From contig OY970071.1 in assembly GCA_963705375.1 (NCBI GenBank), forward strand, positions 990,001-1,022,000: DNA of 32,000 bases, read 5' to 3'. The stretch is from Candidatus Saccharimonadota bacterium (GTDB lineage: Archaea; Micrarchaeota; Micrarchaeia; Micrarchaeales; Micrarchaeaceae). The notes beneath the pieces were generated by a model. It saw nothing but the letters and a program-made list of their open reading frames with translations. It was not told the DNA's origin and did not search any database. Positions 24,230 through 32,000 of this stretch are shown piece by piece. The translations under genes were made by a program, and so were the position numbers. Numbering within the stretch: position 1 is the first letter of the stretch; the number at the start of each line of letters is the position of its first letter.

Positions 24230-25322
24230 TCACGTGCGCTCCTTCGCCATGTCTATCGCGTGCTTTACGTGGCTCAGATCAGCATTTGTCCGTATGGCGT
24301 TGGGCTCTATGTGCGTTAGCGACGCCTCGAATCCCTCTCCATTTAGCGCATCCATCACTTTAATTGGGCTCACTGAGCTTATGTGCATGTTCTGCGTCAG
24401 TCTCGGCATGTCGTAGTAGAACGGCGTATCAAGCTCTTCCTTCATGCGGTCGATCAGCGCAGCGGCTCCATTCACCGTGCTGCCGTCCAGATTCTTCCTT
24501 ACTTCCTGCAAGGTCTTCCTATCGTACAGGCTGCCGAGCCACATCGGGCCGAACACCTCAAGCGCATTGCCGCACTCCGAGCACACCTTGCTTTTGGCAG
24601 CAAACGCCTTCTCGTATGTCCTGAAGCAGCACTTGCTGCAGTAATACGCGTGGCCCATGTTAGATAGTGCCTCCGATGCTTTTACGGATCCGTGGTGCAG
24701 CCTTAGGTATACGTGCATATAATGTATGCGCGATACGGACATAAGCGCCTCCACTCCAAAATTGAACTGAGCTGCAATTTTTGCGATGTATCCTATCAGT
24801 ATGCGCAAACCTGCTTCATGGCACAGCTCGTTGTGCATCGGTTTTGCGCCGTATATGCGTACGCATGCCTTTGAGCTAGCTCCGCACAGCACAGCAGTGT
24901 CTGTTGCGGTTGCGATGAGGTGCGTGCCGTCCTTTGATATTTTCATCAGGTCATAGACGTAGGGCATCACACCTCCGAAAGGATCGAGGTCTATCACGTC
25001 AAAGTGCTCGTTGCACGTGTTAGAGAATTCCTGTACGCTTTTGTTGAGTGCTGTTGCATTGACGCCGTTAAATGCAAGGTTGCGCTTCATCACCTTGTAT
25101 GCCGTTTCGTTTATCTCCAACAAGGTGAGGTCACGTATGCTGTCCTCGATCCAATATCTTATGCCCCTTATGCCTGTGGCTGCAGTTGTGTCCAGAACAC
25201 GCGCAGACTTCTTCGCTACGCTCTTGACAAATGCGACGCTTATCTCCCTCGAGATCGCTGCCTTTGAATTCAGGAAAGCGCCGTCAGCGTATTTTATCTC
25301 TGGCTTCTCCTTCTGTGTACAC
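24230..25322 (-). CDS. trm1: tRNA (guanine26-N2)-dimethyltransferase Trm1, with an apparent +1 frame discontinuity near codon 7
   Basis: The ORF track gives only 24230..25123, starting at an internal TTG. The same frame is open to 25321 and encodes the conserved Trm1 N-terminus (...GAFLNSKAAISREISV...VLDTTAATGIRGIRYWIE...LEINETAYKVMKRNLAFN). Further Trm1 strings are FDVIDLDPFG, ATATDTAVLCG, ELCHEAGLRIL and a Cys-rich insert CSKCC...CSECG. The only start codon (GTG 25322) is in the +1 frame. Confidence 0.8.
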
Positions 25323-25326
25323 TAGA

Positions 25327-25518
25327 TCACTTCTTGTCTAACATTTCTTTCAAGGCGTCGAGAAGTCCATGCGCATAGCTTATGCACGAGAATGAAGTGT
25401 AGAAGTCTCCCTTATCTAGGTAGCTCTTTGCGTCGCTAGCATAGTCTCTCGCCAGTTCAAGCACATGAATTGAGGCAGCATCAGAGCCTTTCACTCCTTT
25501 TACCGACTCTGCAAACAT
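25327..25518 (-). CDS. DUF357-family small archaeal protein
   Basis: 63 aa. LARDYASDAKSYLDKGDFYTSFSCISYAHGLLDALKEM matches my recollection of the DUF357 signature (...Y..DA..yl..GD......s.sYAeG.LDA). Confidence 0.6.
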   Translation of the reverse strand: MFAESVKGVKGSDAASIHVLELARDYASDAKSYLDKGDFYTSFSCISYAHGLLDALKEMLDKK

Positions 25519-25616
25519 AGCGATATCCTTCTCTATCCTTTTTCTTATGCCTTCTTCATCGTCCGTCTAATCACCAAACGTTATTTATATTTATATTATG
25601 TACTTAAATCGGTTAC

Positions 25617-26216
25617 ATGGCTGACTTGTGGAGTGACTATAGCGACGAAATAATAAAGAGCTTAGACAGGCAGATAAGCGCGAAGTATAAGCTTACACTG
25701 AGAGGCTTTCTCACTGATCCAACCAAATTTGCAGTGACGCCTAACATACAGACCACGATAGAAAATCTGAAAGAAGAAGTCAACAGCTATATAGACAAGA
25801 AGGCGAACGACATGGTTCCTGAGAAGAGGGCCTTCGAGGATGCTGCGATGCGTGCAGATGCTCTGACCACCCAGCTCGGACAGACCATATCTGTGCAGGC
25901 GAGGCAGAACAGCATTCCAATCATAAAACCTATTCTATTCGAACGTGACACTGATGAGGATGAGCACATCTATGTTGATGCTGTGGACAATGGCATCATA
26001 TCGCTTGTAAGCAAGCTTATAGCTAGCTCCACATACGTCCTTGATTCCACGGCCGCATACGGCAACTATAAGGTGGGTGAGTGGCTTTTCAGCAGCAGCA
26101 AAAACTATCTCATCTCAGTGTATCTGCCTTCAAACGGCTACTTTGTGCTGCAGACTAGCAGGGATGAGATTATAGGTCTGCTAAACTCTGCCTCGGCCGC
26201 CCTCAAGGGGTTGTGA
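25617..26216 (+). CDS. Hypothetical protein, translationally coupled to the Fap7-like kinase gene
   Basis: 199-aa ORF. Its TGA overlaps the GTG of the next gene (ttGTGAgt at 26213-26216). No recognised domain. Confidence 0.55.
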   Translation: MADLWSDYSDEIIKSLDRQISAKYKLTLRGFLTDPTKFAVTPNIQTTIENLKEEVNSYIDKKANDMVPEKRAFEDAAMRADALTTQLGQTISVQARQNSIPIIKPILFERDTDEDEHIYVDAVDNGIISLVSKLIASSTYVLDSTAAYGNYKVGEWLFSSSKNYLISVYLPSNGYFVLQTSRDEIIGLLNSASAALKGL

Positions 26217-26788
26217 GTATAAATAAGCTTGTTGTTGCAGTGACTGGCACGCCTGGCGTCGGGAAGAGCGTGTTTGCGAAACAGCTTTCAAGCAAATCAC
26301 CACACTCAAAAGTAATAGAACTAAACGACCTAGTCTCTAAAGGTCATCTTTATTCTGGCATCGACAGGTTCGGCTCCAAGATAGTGAATATTTCTGCACT
26401 CAATACGGCGTTGAGGCGAGAGGTGCGACGTTCGTCAGGTCTTATCATCGTGGCTGGCCACCTTGTTCCGGAGCTGAATTTTGGCCAGCGCATAACGGTC
26501 GTACTGCGGTTCGGGCTCAAGAAGCTCATGGCAAGGCTGCGCAAAAGGCAGTATCCCAAAGAAAAGATCAAGGAGAACCTTATTTCAGAGGCTTTGGACT
26601 ACTGCGGAGTGGGAGTAACCGGCAAAAGTGCCGAAGTGTATGAAGTCGAAAGCGCCATTGACAGAAGAACTCTCATGCATTACATACTTGCCGTGTATGG
26701 CGGCGCACGCCCTGCCAGGCCAAAGGCTAGAAGCATAAACAAGATGGGCGAACTGCGCGAGCTCATCGAAGATGGTATGTCTCTGTAG
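26213..26788 (+). CDS. Fap7 / adenylate kinase isoenzyme-6-like P-loop NTPase
   Basis: 191 aa. The N-terminal Walker A motif VAVTGTPGVGKSVFAKQL, the size and the overall layout are typical of archaeal Fap7/AK6 kinases. Confidence 0.7.
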   Translation: MSINKLVVAVTGTPGVGKSVFAKQLSSKSPHSKVIELNDLVSKGHLYSGIDRFGSKIVNISALNTALRREVRRSSGLIIVAGHLVPELNFGQRITVVLRFGLKKLMARLRKRQYPKEKIKENLISEALDYCGVGVTGKSAEVYEVESAIDRRTLMHYILAVYGGARPARPKARSINKMGELRELIEDGMSL

Positions 26789-26850
26789 TCTCTTTCGGGA
26801 AGTGCCTGCACAGCCTTCCCGAAGCAGAAAAATTTAAAAGACCGCGTTAT

Positions 26851-28281
26851 TCAGTGTGCATTTGATGCTGAGTCTATCTTCCTGCCGTTGTATGCCTGGT
26901 ACACGAGCTTCGAAATGCTTTCGGGCATGCTGTTTATGTATATCCTCATTCGCTTCTTGTCCAGATATGATGGCAGCTTTACACTCCTATCAAAAAGGAA
27001 CGCGCGCAGCAGCGCCTTTGGCGTGGGGTATCTGGAAGCATCAACTGAGTACAGCCGATCGCAATCGAGGGATATCATGTGGGAATTTCTGCGTGCGGCA
27101 ATGAATCTTGAAGCCGCGTCGCGCATGAACACACTAGGGCCTTTGGCTATGCACGCTTTTATCTCGACGTCTCTAACAAATAATGTGATGAGCGCCTCTC
27201 TCTTGTGCAAGCTCTGCAGGCTCAGTACAGGTGCAAAGCCTTTAGAGGTGAGTTCGTCGTTCAGCCTTGACGAAAGCCTCTTCAGCTGCTGCCACACGAT
27301 ATCCTCTGCTATGTCTGGCACTATAAAATGAATGGAATATATGTTTGCGCCAAGCGCCTTCCTCAACGAGGAGAGCTTCCCCTTCGTATCCAAATCCGAA
27401 TAGCCGCTGCTGTAGAACGTGTCCTTGCTTGGATTGTTTAACAATGCACGAGAAGCGAGTGCTGCCCTTGCGAGCGACTCCATCGAAACGTTAGCAGCGA
27501 CATTCCTGTCGCTGTCAGTGGGGTCTATGACTATGAAAGCGCTCTTGAACTTCTTTACAGATTCATCAGCAGAAGCGCCGCTAAGTTCTGCACGTTTTTC
27601 TGCTTCGATCACTACAGGTACTTTGATGTTTGCGAACGCAGTGATTGCTTGCTGGAAAGAGCCGTAATGGTAAATGATGAGCTCGCACAGGTATCCGGAG
27701 AAGCCCTCTGTCATCGCTTCTGCGCCGTAAACGCTGTGCCCATTCAAGAAAGCCTTCAGCACGCGCACGTGATCTCGCTGCTTTTGCGTGAGTCGCGAGT
27801 TCACGAATTCGTTGTGCAACTGCGTCCTGTCAACGGCTGTGCCCCTTTCCCTTGCATTGCCTATCTTGTAAGCAGGTACTACGTCAACCGTCACCCCCTT
27901 ATCTTCAAGAAAGAGCTTTGCGTAAGGATGCTCTGCATATTTTATCTCATAGCGCTCGTTCTTTCTCTTATCGACTATGCTCTTGGCGATGCGAAGCCCT
28001 TGCGTCTCAAGCACCTCTTTGTCAGTGTTTTTCGGGAACAGCAGGAATATGTCTATATCAGAGTTGCCCGCCATCTGTGTTCCACGCGCGGTAGATCCGG
28101 CAAGCAGTATCTCCACATTCTTAGGTGCGGACTCCTTCAGGCGGCTCATTATCTGGTTCGATATGCTGGTTGTGCTGTCCATCTCCTTCTGGGAAGGCCT
28201 CACGTCTTTCAGCACAGCCTCTACAAGTGCATCGAATTTATTGCTCTTTTTCTTATCAACTGCGTAGACCTCTCTTTTCAT
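26851..28281 (-). CDS. cca: Archaeal class-I CCA-adding enzyme (tRNA nucleotidyltransferase)
   Basis: The nucleotidyltransferase motif GSTARGTQMAGNSDIDIFLLFP is present, followed by YAEHPY and VDVVPAY strings typical of archaeal CCA-adding enzymes. The ORF-track start (28440) runs antisense through tRNA-Ala. I moved the start to ATG 28281 (MKREVYAV...), giving 476 aa. Confidence 0.85.
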   Translation of the reverse strand: MKREVYAVDKKKSNKFDALVEAVLKDVRPSQKEMDSTTSISNQIMSRLKESAPKNVEILLAGSTARGTQMAGNSDIDIFLLFPKNTDKEVLETQGLRIAKSIVDKRKNERYEIKYAEHPYAKLFLEDKGVTVDVVPAYKIGNARERGTAVDRTQLHNEFVNSRLTQKQRDHVRVLKAFLNGHSVYGAEAMTEGFSGYLCELIIYHYGSFQQAITAFANIKVPVVIEAEKRAELSGASADESVKKFKSAFIVIDPTDSDRNVAANVSMESLARAALASRALLNNPSKDTFYSSGYSDLDTKGKLSSLRKALGANIYSIHFIVPDIAEDIVWQQLKRLSSRLNDELTSKGFAPVLSLQSLHKREALITLFVRDVEIKACIAKGPSVFMRDAASRFIAARRNSHMISLDCDRLYSVDASRYPTPKALLRAFLFDRSVKLPSYLDKKRMRIYINSMPESISKLVYQAYNGRKIDSASNAH

Positions 28282-28328
28282 CAACACACCAAATGCATAT
28301 ATATGATGCACATTTAATAATCTATTCG

Positions 28329-28400
28329 GGGCTCGTGGCGCAGCAGTAGCGCGTTCCGTTCGCAACGGAAAGGTCGCGGGTGCGATCCCCGCCGAGTCCA
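28329..28400 (+). tRNA. tRNA-Ala (anticodon CGC)
   Basis: Sequence: GGGCTCG TG GCGC AGCAGTA GCGC G TTCCG TTCGCAA CGGAA AGGTC GCGGG TGCGATC CCCGC CGAGTCC A, 72 nt. The G3:U70 Ala identity pair is present. The T-loop reads TGC rather than the usual TTC at positions 54-56, and the D-loop lacks an obvious GG. No CCA is encoded. Confidence 0.8.
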
Positions 28401-28517
28401 TCTTACTTTTACGACGAAGCAAGGGGTCGAATGCCCACATGCAGACTGTATTGAAGCAATGAGTCCTTAGTGAAACGAACTCTTAAATAGACTGGATGTC
28501 ATGTATGTGCTGATCTT

Positions 28518-29480
28518 ATGGATGATGAGAAATCACCTAATGTGAAAGCCAACAACATCAAAAACCCTGATGACACTACCAAGTATTATGCTGGAAGCAA
28601 GGTCATGATCGTTGACTTTGTCATACTTCTTATAACTGCCTTATTGGCCTACTGGGTGACTGGTAGTATAAGTGTGGCAATAATAGTTGTGATTGTTGTA
28701 TTGCTCGTACTGGTTTCACTTTCAGTAAGAGTTCTGGACCAATGGAACCGCATGGCTGTGTTAAGGCTTGGCAACTATGTTGGCATCATAGGGCCCGGCC
28801 TATATTTCATAATGCCGCTCGTAGACGCTACCCCGATAAAGGTGGACACCAGGGTGATAAGCACAACGTTCAAGGCCGAAAAGACCCTCACAAAGGATAA
28901 CGTGCCTGTCGATGTTGACGCTATACTGTTCTGGCAGGTGAAATTTCCGGAAAAGGCAATATTGAATGTTCAGTCTTATTACGATGCGGTGCTTCTAGCG
29001 TCCCAGACTGCCATGCGTGACGTGATAGGCAAGAGCGAGCTTGCAATGATGTTGGCAGGTAGAGACATCATAGGTGAAGACATAAAGGTGCTTATCGAGG
29101 GCAGGATAAAGGATTGGGGCACTGAGGCTATATCTGTTGAGATAAGGGATGTGACGATACCTAACGAACTCCAAAACGCTATGGCAAGAGTTGCTACTTC
29201 TGACCGTGAGAAGCAAGCCAGAGTCATACTTGCCGAGAGCGAATCACTCGCAGCTGACAAAATGCTTGATGCGGCTCGGAAGTACGAATCGGACCCGCGC
29301 GCAATGCAATTGAGGGCGCTCAACATGATGTATGAGATAAGTCTCGAGGGCAAGAACGTGATGGTGTTCATACCGACCGAAAGTAACGGCCTTAGCATGC
29401 CGGTACCTGTCGGGATCGCAGGCATAAACGAGTATTTGAAAAAGCCTAAAAAGCGCAGCGATAAGGCCAACCCGGACTAG
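28518..29480 (+). CDS. SPFH/band-7 (stomatin/slipin-like) membrane protein
   Basis: 320 aa with an N-terminal TM region. The SPFH core follows (VLDQWNRMAVLRLGNYVGIIGPGLYFIMPLVD...TKDNVPVDVDAILFWQV...IRDVTIPNELQNAMA...REKQARVILAESE). Confidence 0.85.
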   Translation: MDDEKSPNVKANNIKNPDDTTKYYAGSKVMIVDFVILLITALLAYWVTGSISVAIIVVIVVLLVLVSLSVRVLDQWNRMAVLRLGNYVGIIGPGLYFIMPLVDATPIKVDTRVISTTFKAEKTLTKDNVPVDVDAILFWQVKFPEKAILNVQSYYDAVLLASQTAMRDVIGKSELAMMLAGRDIIGEDIKVLIEGRIKDWGTEAISVEIRDVTIPNELQNAMARVATSDREKQARVILAESESLAADKMLDAARKYESDPRAMQLRALNMMYEISLEGKNVMVFIPTESNGLSMPVPVGIAGINEYLKKPKKRSDKANPD

Positions 29481-29515
29481 CCAATAACTTCTGTTATGGC
29501 TTCCGGTGTGCACAT

Positions 29516-30325
29516 GTGTGTATAGAGTATGCGATGGTTGAATCGATGAAGTTCAATAGTGCAAGAGTAAGGTCGGGCAAGGTATTCATAAGCCTGGCAT
29601 ATGCCGATCTATCCAAACCGATCAGGGTCATAATTCTTGCATACGGCTTGCCTGGCTCCCCACCAAATACCAATGACCTGTTCGTAAGGCGTTTTGTAAG
29701 CAGAGGCTTCGTAGTCGCAGTGCCCGAATACATAGGCACTTTCGATAGTTATGGGCAGTGCAACTTCGAGAACTGCGTCGATACCCTTCTCGAAACAATA
29801 AGGCTCTTCAGTAATGGCATTGCGAAAGATCTGATCACAATGGAGGTGCTGCACTGGCGTGTCAAAGAGTTGGTGCTTATAGGTGGCAGTTTCGGTGCCA
29901 GCATAGCTCTGGTTGCAGGTGCGAGATCCGATATACGTAAGATAGTGTCCCTTGCAGCGCCGACAAATTACCGGGATATTGGTGATGAAGAGGAGAGCAT
30001 CATTGATGATTACCATATAATGAAAAGGGCATTCCCGAAAACATGGCGGTTTGCATCGAAAAAAGCCTGGACTGACTTGGACAAAGGCGTGCTGGACCTC
30101 AATGCTGTTGATTATGCAAAAAGCCTTCGGAGCAAGAATGTGCTTCTGGTGCACGGTATGAAGGACAAATCGGTGAACTTCAAAAGATCTGCACAACTAT
30201 ATGTGATGATAAAAGGCGGCAAAGGCAAGAAGCGGCTCATTCTGCTTCAGAAAGAGGGGCACTTCGGTCTGCGCGCATTGCGAAAGCCCAAAGTTTTTAA
30301 CGAGGTAATCAGGTTCTTGAAATAA
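29516..30325 (+). CDS. Alpha/beta-hydrolase (prolyl-oligopeptidase / dienelactone-hydrolase-like)
   Basis: The nucleophile elbow is LIGGSFGASIALVAGA (GxSxG). Late acid and His contexts are LLVHGMKDKSV and QKEGHFG. Start is GTG 29516; alternative ATGs lie at 29534 and 29546. Confidence 0.7.
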   Translation: MCIEYAMVESMKFNSARVRSGKVFISLAYADLSKPIRVIILAYGLPGSPPNTNDLFVRRFVSRGFVVAVPEYIGTFDSYGQCNFENCVDTLLETIRLFSNGIAKDLITMEVLHWRVKELVLIGGSFGASIALVAGARSDIRKIVSLAAPTNYRDIGDEEESIIDDYHIMKRAFPKTWRFASKKAWTDLDKGVLDLNAVDYAKSLRSKNVLLVHGMKDKSVNFKRSAQLYVMIKGGKGKKRLILLQKEGHFGLRALRKPKVFNEVIRFLK

Positions 30326-30338
30326 TCGGGCGGATCAT

Positions 30339-31058
30339 GTGAAAAAACAAGAAGCAATCTTTCTCTGCGCCGTATTCTTTGTTATTGGTTTCGCGTTGGT
30401 TTTTTCTTCCATAGGCCTTCTACTACAGACAGTACTTTCCAACGAAACGTTTAATACGATGAATATTATCCGCGACGTAGGTGGCGTGATGATGATCGGG
30501 TTCGGATTATTGATGATTGCTTCGACAAAGTATGTCATACCTATTTTTTCTACAGAGCACAGAATCCGTCTGAAACGGTTCGATAACAGTTATTTGACAT
30601 CACTCATCTTCGGTATCGCGTTTGCATTGGGCTGGACGCCGTGCGTCGGCCCTATATTGGGTTCCATATACACTTTTGCCGCGACATCGCCTGGAATCGG
30701 ATTCCTTCTATTATTGACCTACTCGTTCGGGTTGGGCATACCTTTCCTAATAGTTGGTGCATTCGTATCTAGATTTTCTGAATTCTTTTCTAAGATGAAA
30801 AGGTTTATGAAATATTTCAGCATAGTCAGTGGCCTCTTTCTTATTGTAGTTGGCGCGATGGTCGTCACAGGGTATATAGGTGTGCTATCCATATTCCTTC
30901 TGGGGCTAAACGGTGCAGTATCATCACCAAATGAACTTAACTTCTTATTGGCCTTGGTTGCAGGTATATTAACATTTCTTTCACCATGCATATTGCCACT
31001 TGTGCCTGCGTACTTTGCGTACATGGTTGGAACAACCGCCGAGAAGGTTAGAAAATGA
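30339..31058 (+). CDS. ccdA: CcdA/DsbD-family thiol-disulfide transporter, apparently circularly permuted
   Basis: 239 aa with 6 predicted TM helices. GWTPCVGPILGSIY (Cys102) is in the third helix. FLSPCILPLVPAYFAY (Cys217) is in the last helix, whereas this motif is normally in TM1. Start is GTG. The TGA overlaps the next gene's ATG (aaATGAac). Confidence 0.8.
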   Translation: MKKQEAIFLCAVFFVIGFALVFSSIGLLLQTVLSNETFNTMNIIRDVGGVMMIGFGLLMIASTKYVIPIFSTEHRIRLKRFDNSYLTSLIFGIAFALGWTPCVGPILGSIYTFAATSPGIGFLLLLTYSFGLGIPFLIVGAFVSRFSEFFSKMKRFMKYFSIVSGLFLIVVGAMVVTGYIGVLSIFLLGLNGAVSSPNELNFLLALVAGILTFLSPCILPLVPAYFAYMVGTTAEKVRK

Positions 31059-32000
31059 ACGTGAAACTGAACATATATGCATTGATACTGCTGATTTCAG
31101 TTGCTTTGACGATAGCGGTAGTGCTTTCAGTAACTATCTTCAACAAGAACCTTCCAGGAGGTTCTCCGTCTAACCTGAGTAACCATGGGAAGGCACCAGA
31201 CATACAAGGCATATCTGCGTGGGTGAACACTCCTCAACCGCTCAATTTTACCTCGTTAAAAGGCAAAATAGTGTTGGTCGATTTCTGGACTTATTCATGC
31301 GTAAACTGCGTACGTGCCATATCGCACGTAGAAGCGTGGTACAATACCTATGGCAAGTACGGTTTCGTAGTGATAGGCGTACACACGCCGGAATTTCCAT
31401 TCGAACATAATATTACAAATGTCGAAGAAGCAATACAGCAGCTGAACATAACATATCCCGTCGCAATAGACAATAACTACACTACGTGGAACGCGTACGG
31501 CAATAAGTACTGGCCTGCCGACTATTTGGTGGACCAAAATGGGAACGTAAGGTTCATCCAACTGGGTGAGGGTAATTATGCCCAGACGGAAGATGCGATA
31601 AGGTCCCTGCTTCTCAGCTTAGGACACACTACACAACTAAACCTTACAAACGACTCTACCGGTGTGAATTTCGCATCGATAGGATCTCCTGAGATGTATC
31701 TTGGCTATGCAGAAATTCAGGGTCACGGAAGTAATATCAGCAGCGAAGACAGTATAGTGCCCAACAATGTAGTCACCTACACAATATCCAGCGTGTTAGG
31801 CCTGTCACAGCACAATGTGATTCATCTGTATGGAAGTTGGTATGACGCGCCAGACAGCATTATTGCCGTCAACAATTCAAAGCTATTTCTTACATATGAC
31901 GCAAAGAAGGCGTACATAGTCGCAAGCGGAAATCAGAGTGTTATTGCTGTAAAGCTCGACGGCGAGAACGTATCCCAACAATATTTGGGCAGTGATGTGT
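31055..32000 (+). CDS. Membrane-anchored thioredoxin-like (redoxin) protein with DipZ-like C-terminal extension; 3'-truncated by the window edge
   Basis: This ORF is not in the supplied track because no stop occurs before the window end. I translated it by hand from ATG 31055: MNVKLNIYALILLISVALTIAVVLSV (TM anchor)...GKIVLVDFWTYSCVNCVRAISHVEAWYNTYGKYGFVVIGVHTPEFPFE (CxxC redoxin motif)...YPVAIDNNYTTWNAYGNKYWPADYLVDQNGNVR... It remains open to nt 32000. Confidence 0.8.
   Translation, partial: MNVKLNIYALILLISVALTIAVVLSVTIFNKNLPGGSPSNLSNHGKAPDIQGISAWVNTPQPLNFTSLKGKIVLVDFWTYSCVNCVRAISHVEAWYNTYGKYGFVVIGVHTPEFPFEHNITNVEEAIQQLNITYPVAIDNNYTTWNAYGNKYWPADYLVDQNGNVRFIQLGEGNYAQTEDAIRSLLLSLGHTTQLNLTNDSTGVNFASIGSPEMYLGYAEIQGHGSNISSEDSIVPNNVVTYTISSVLGLSQHNVIHLYGSWYDAPDSIIAVNNSKLFLTYDAKKAYIVASGNQSVIAVKLDGENVSQQYLGSDV

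Noticed and set aside
25322-25330. The idea that trm1 starts at GTG 25330 (overlapping the upstream TGA as GTGA) and reads through the in-frame TAG, i.e. TAG reassignment or pyrrolysine.
   Set aside because: TAG is the terminal codon of at least eight confident genes in this window (stops at 6932, 14354, 14568, 16101, 20805, 24162, 26788 and 29480). It is therefore an ordinary stop codon here.
25519-25569. An upstream in-frame extension of the DUF357 gene (TDDEEGIRKRIEKDIA before the ATG) that looks helix-like.
   Set aside because: There is no ATG, GTG or TTG in that stretch, and an in-frame TAG lies at its top. The nearby ATG (atgaagaaggcataa) is in another frame and terminates after four codons. 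The 63-aa ORF was kept as called.
26856-28349. Multiple plus-strand ORFs (e.g. 26888..27331, 27649..28317, 27977..28267) within the cca gene. Similar shadows occur in the SPFH gene (28979..29470 -), the hydrolase gene (29609..30196 -) and the DipZ-like gene (31048..31230 -, 31295..31561 -).
   Set aside because: All are antisense or off-frame to genes with strong family signatures. None has recognisable motifs.
28282-28440. The N-terminal 53 codons of the ORF-track version of the CCA-adding enzyme (26851..28440).
   Set aside because: This extension runs antisense straight through tRNA-Ala (28329..28400) and encodes an Ala/Pro/Arg-rich peptide. Homology to CCA-adding enzymes begins after the internal ATG at 28281, so the start was moved there.
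1-32000. A search by eye for CRISPR arrays, rRNA genes, IS elements or transposases, integrases, and long (>100 bp) dispersed repeats.
   Set aside because: None were found. The only repeats seen are the tRNA-Gln fragments, the 53-bp anchor-tail copy, the 132-bp intragenic tandem repeat, and low-complexity coding repeats.

Overview
The window looks like an archaeal chromosomal segment. Evidence: a class-I (archaeal-type) CCA-adding enzyme, Trm1, a Fap7/AK6-type kinase, a DUF357 protein, A/T-rich TATA-like boxes about 25-35 nt upstream of starts, ATGA/GTGA start-stop overlaps, and tRNA genes that lack an encoded CCA. GC content is roughly mid-40s % by eye (not computed), with AT-rich intergenic regions. 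I cannot assign a species. The compact genes and oddly placed tRNA insertions are reminiscent of DPANN or Thermoplasmata-like acidophiles, but that is only an impression. I support about 40 CDSs and 3 tRNA genes (Gln-CUG, Leu-CAA, Ala-CGC). I saw no CRISPR array, rRNA, transposase or integrase.

Most noteworthy observations:
1. Two of the three tRNAs carry short hairpin-containing insertions at non-canonical positions: the D-loop of tRNA-Gln and the T-loop of tRNA-Leu.
2. Copies of the tRNA-Gln 3' end lie about 0.7 kb downstream of the tRNA and bracket an AT-rich islet. The islet carries only an RHH/RelE-type toxin-antitoxin pair with a perfect 21-bp palindromic operator.
3. A two-gene module occurs twice, about 10 kb apart. 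It consists of an EamA/DMT transporter fused to an unrecognised ~115-aa cytoplasmic domain, divergently paired with a tandem (double) Lrp/AsnC regulator.
4. The CcdA/DsbD-family thiol-disulfide transporter appears circularly permuted (canonical TM1 with its Cys motif sits at the C-terminus). It is translationally coupled to a DipZ-like thioredoxin protein whose ORF runs off the window and is absent from the ORF track.
5. The trm1 gene has its conserved N-terminus in frame but no in-frame start codon. The only start lies in the +1 frame.
6. A three-gene RCK/TrkA-N operon includes a pore-loop protein with a degenerate SGFGAD filter.

The remaining genes are ordinary housekeeping or orphan genes.
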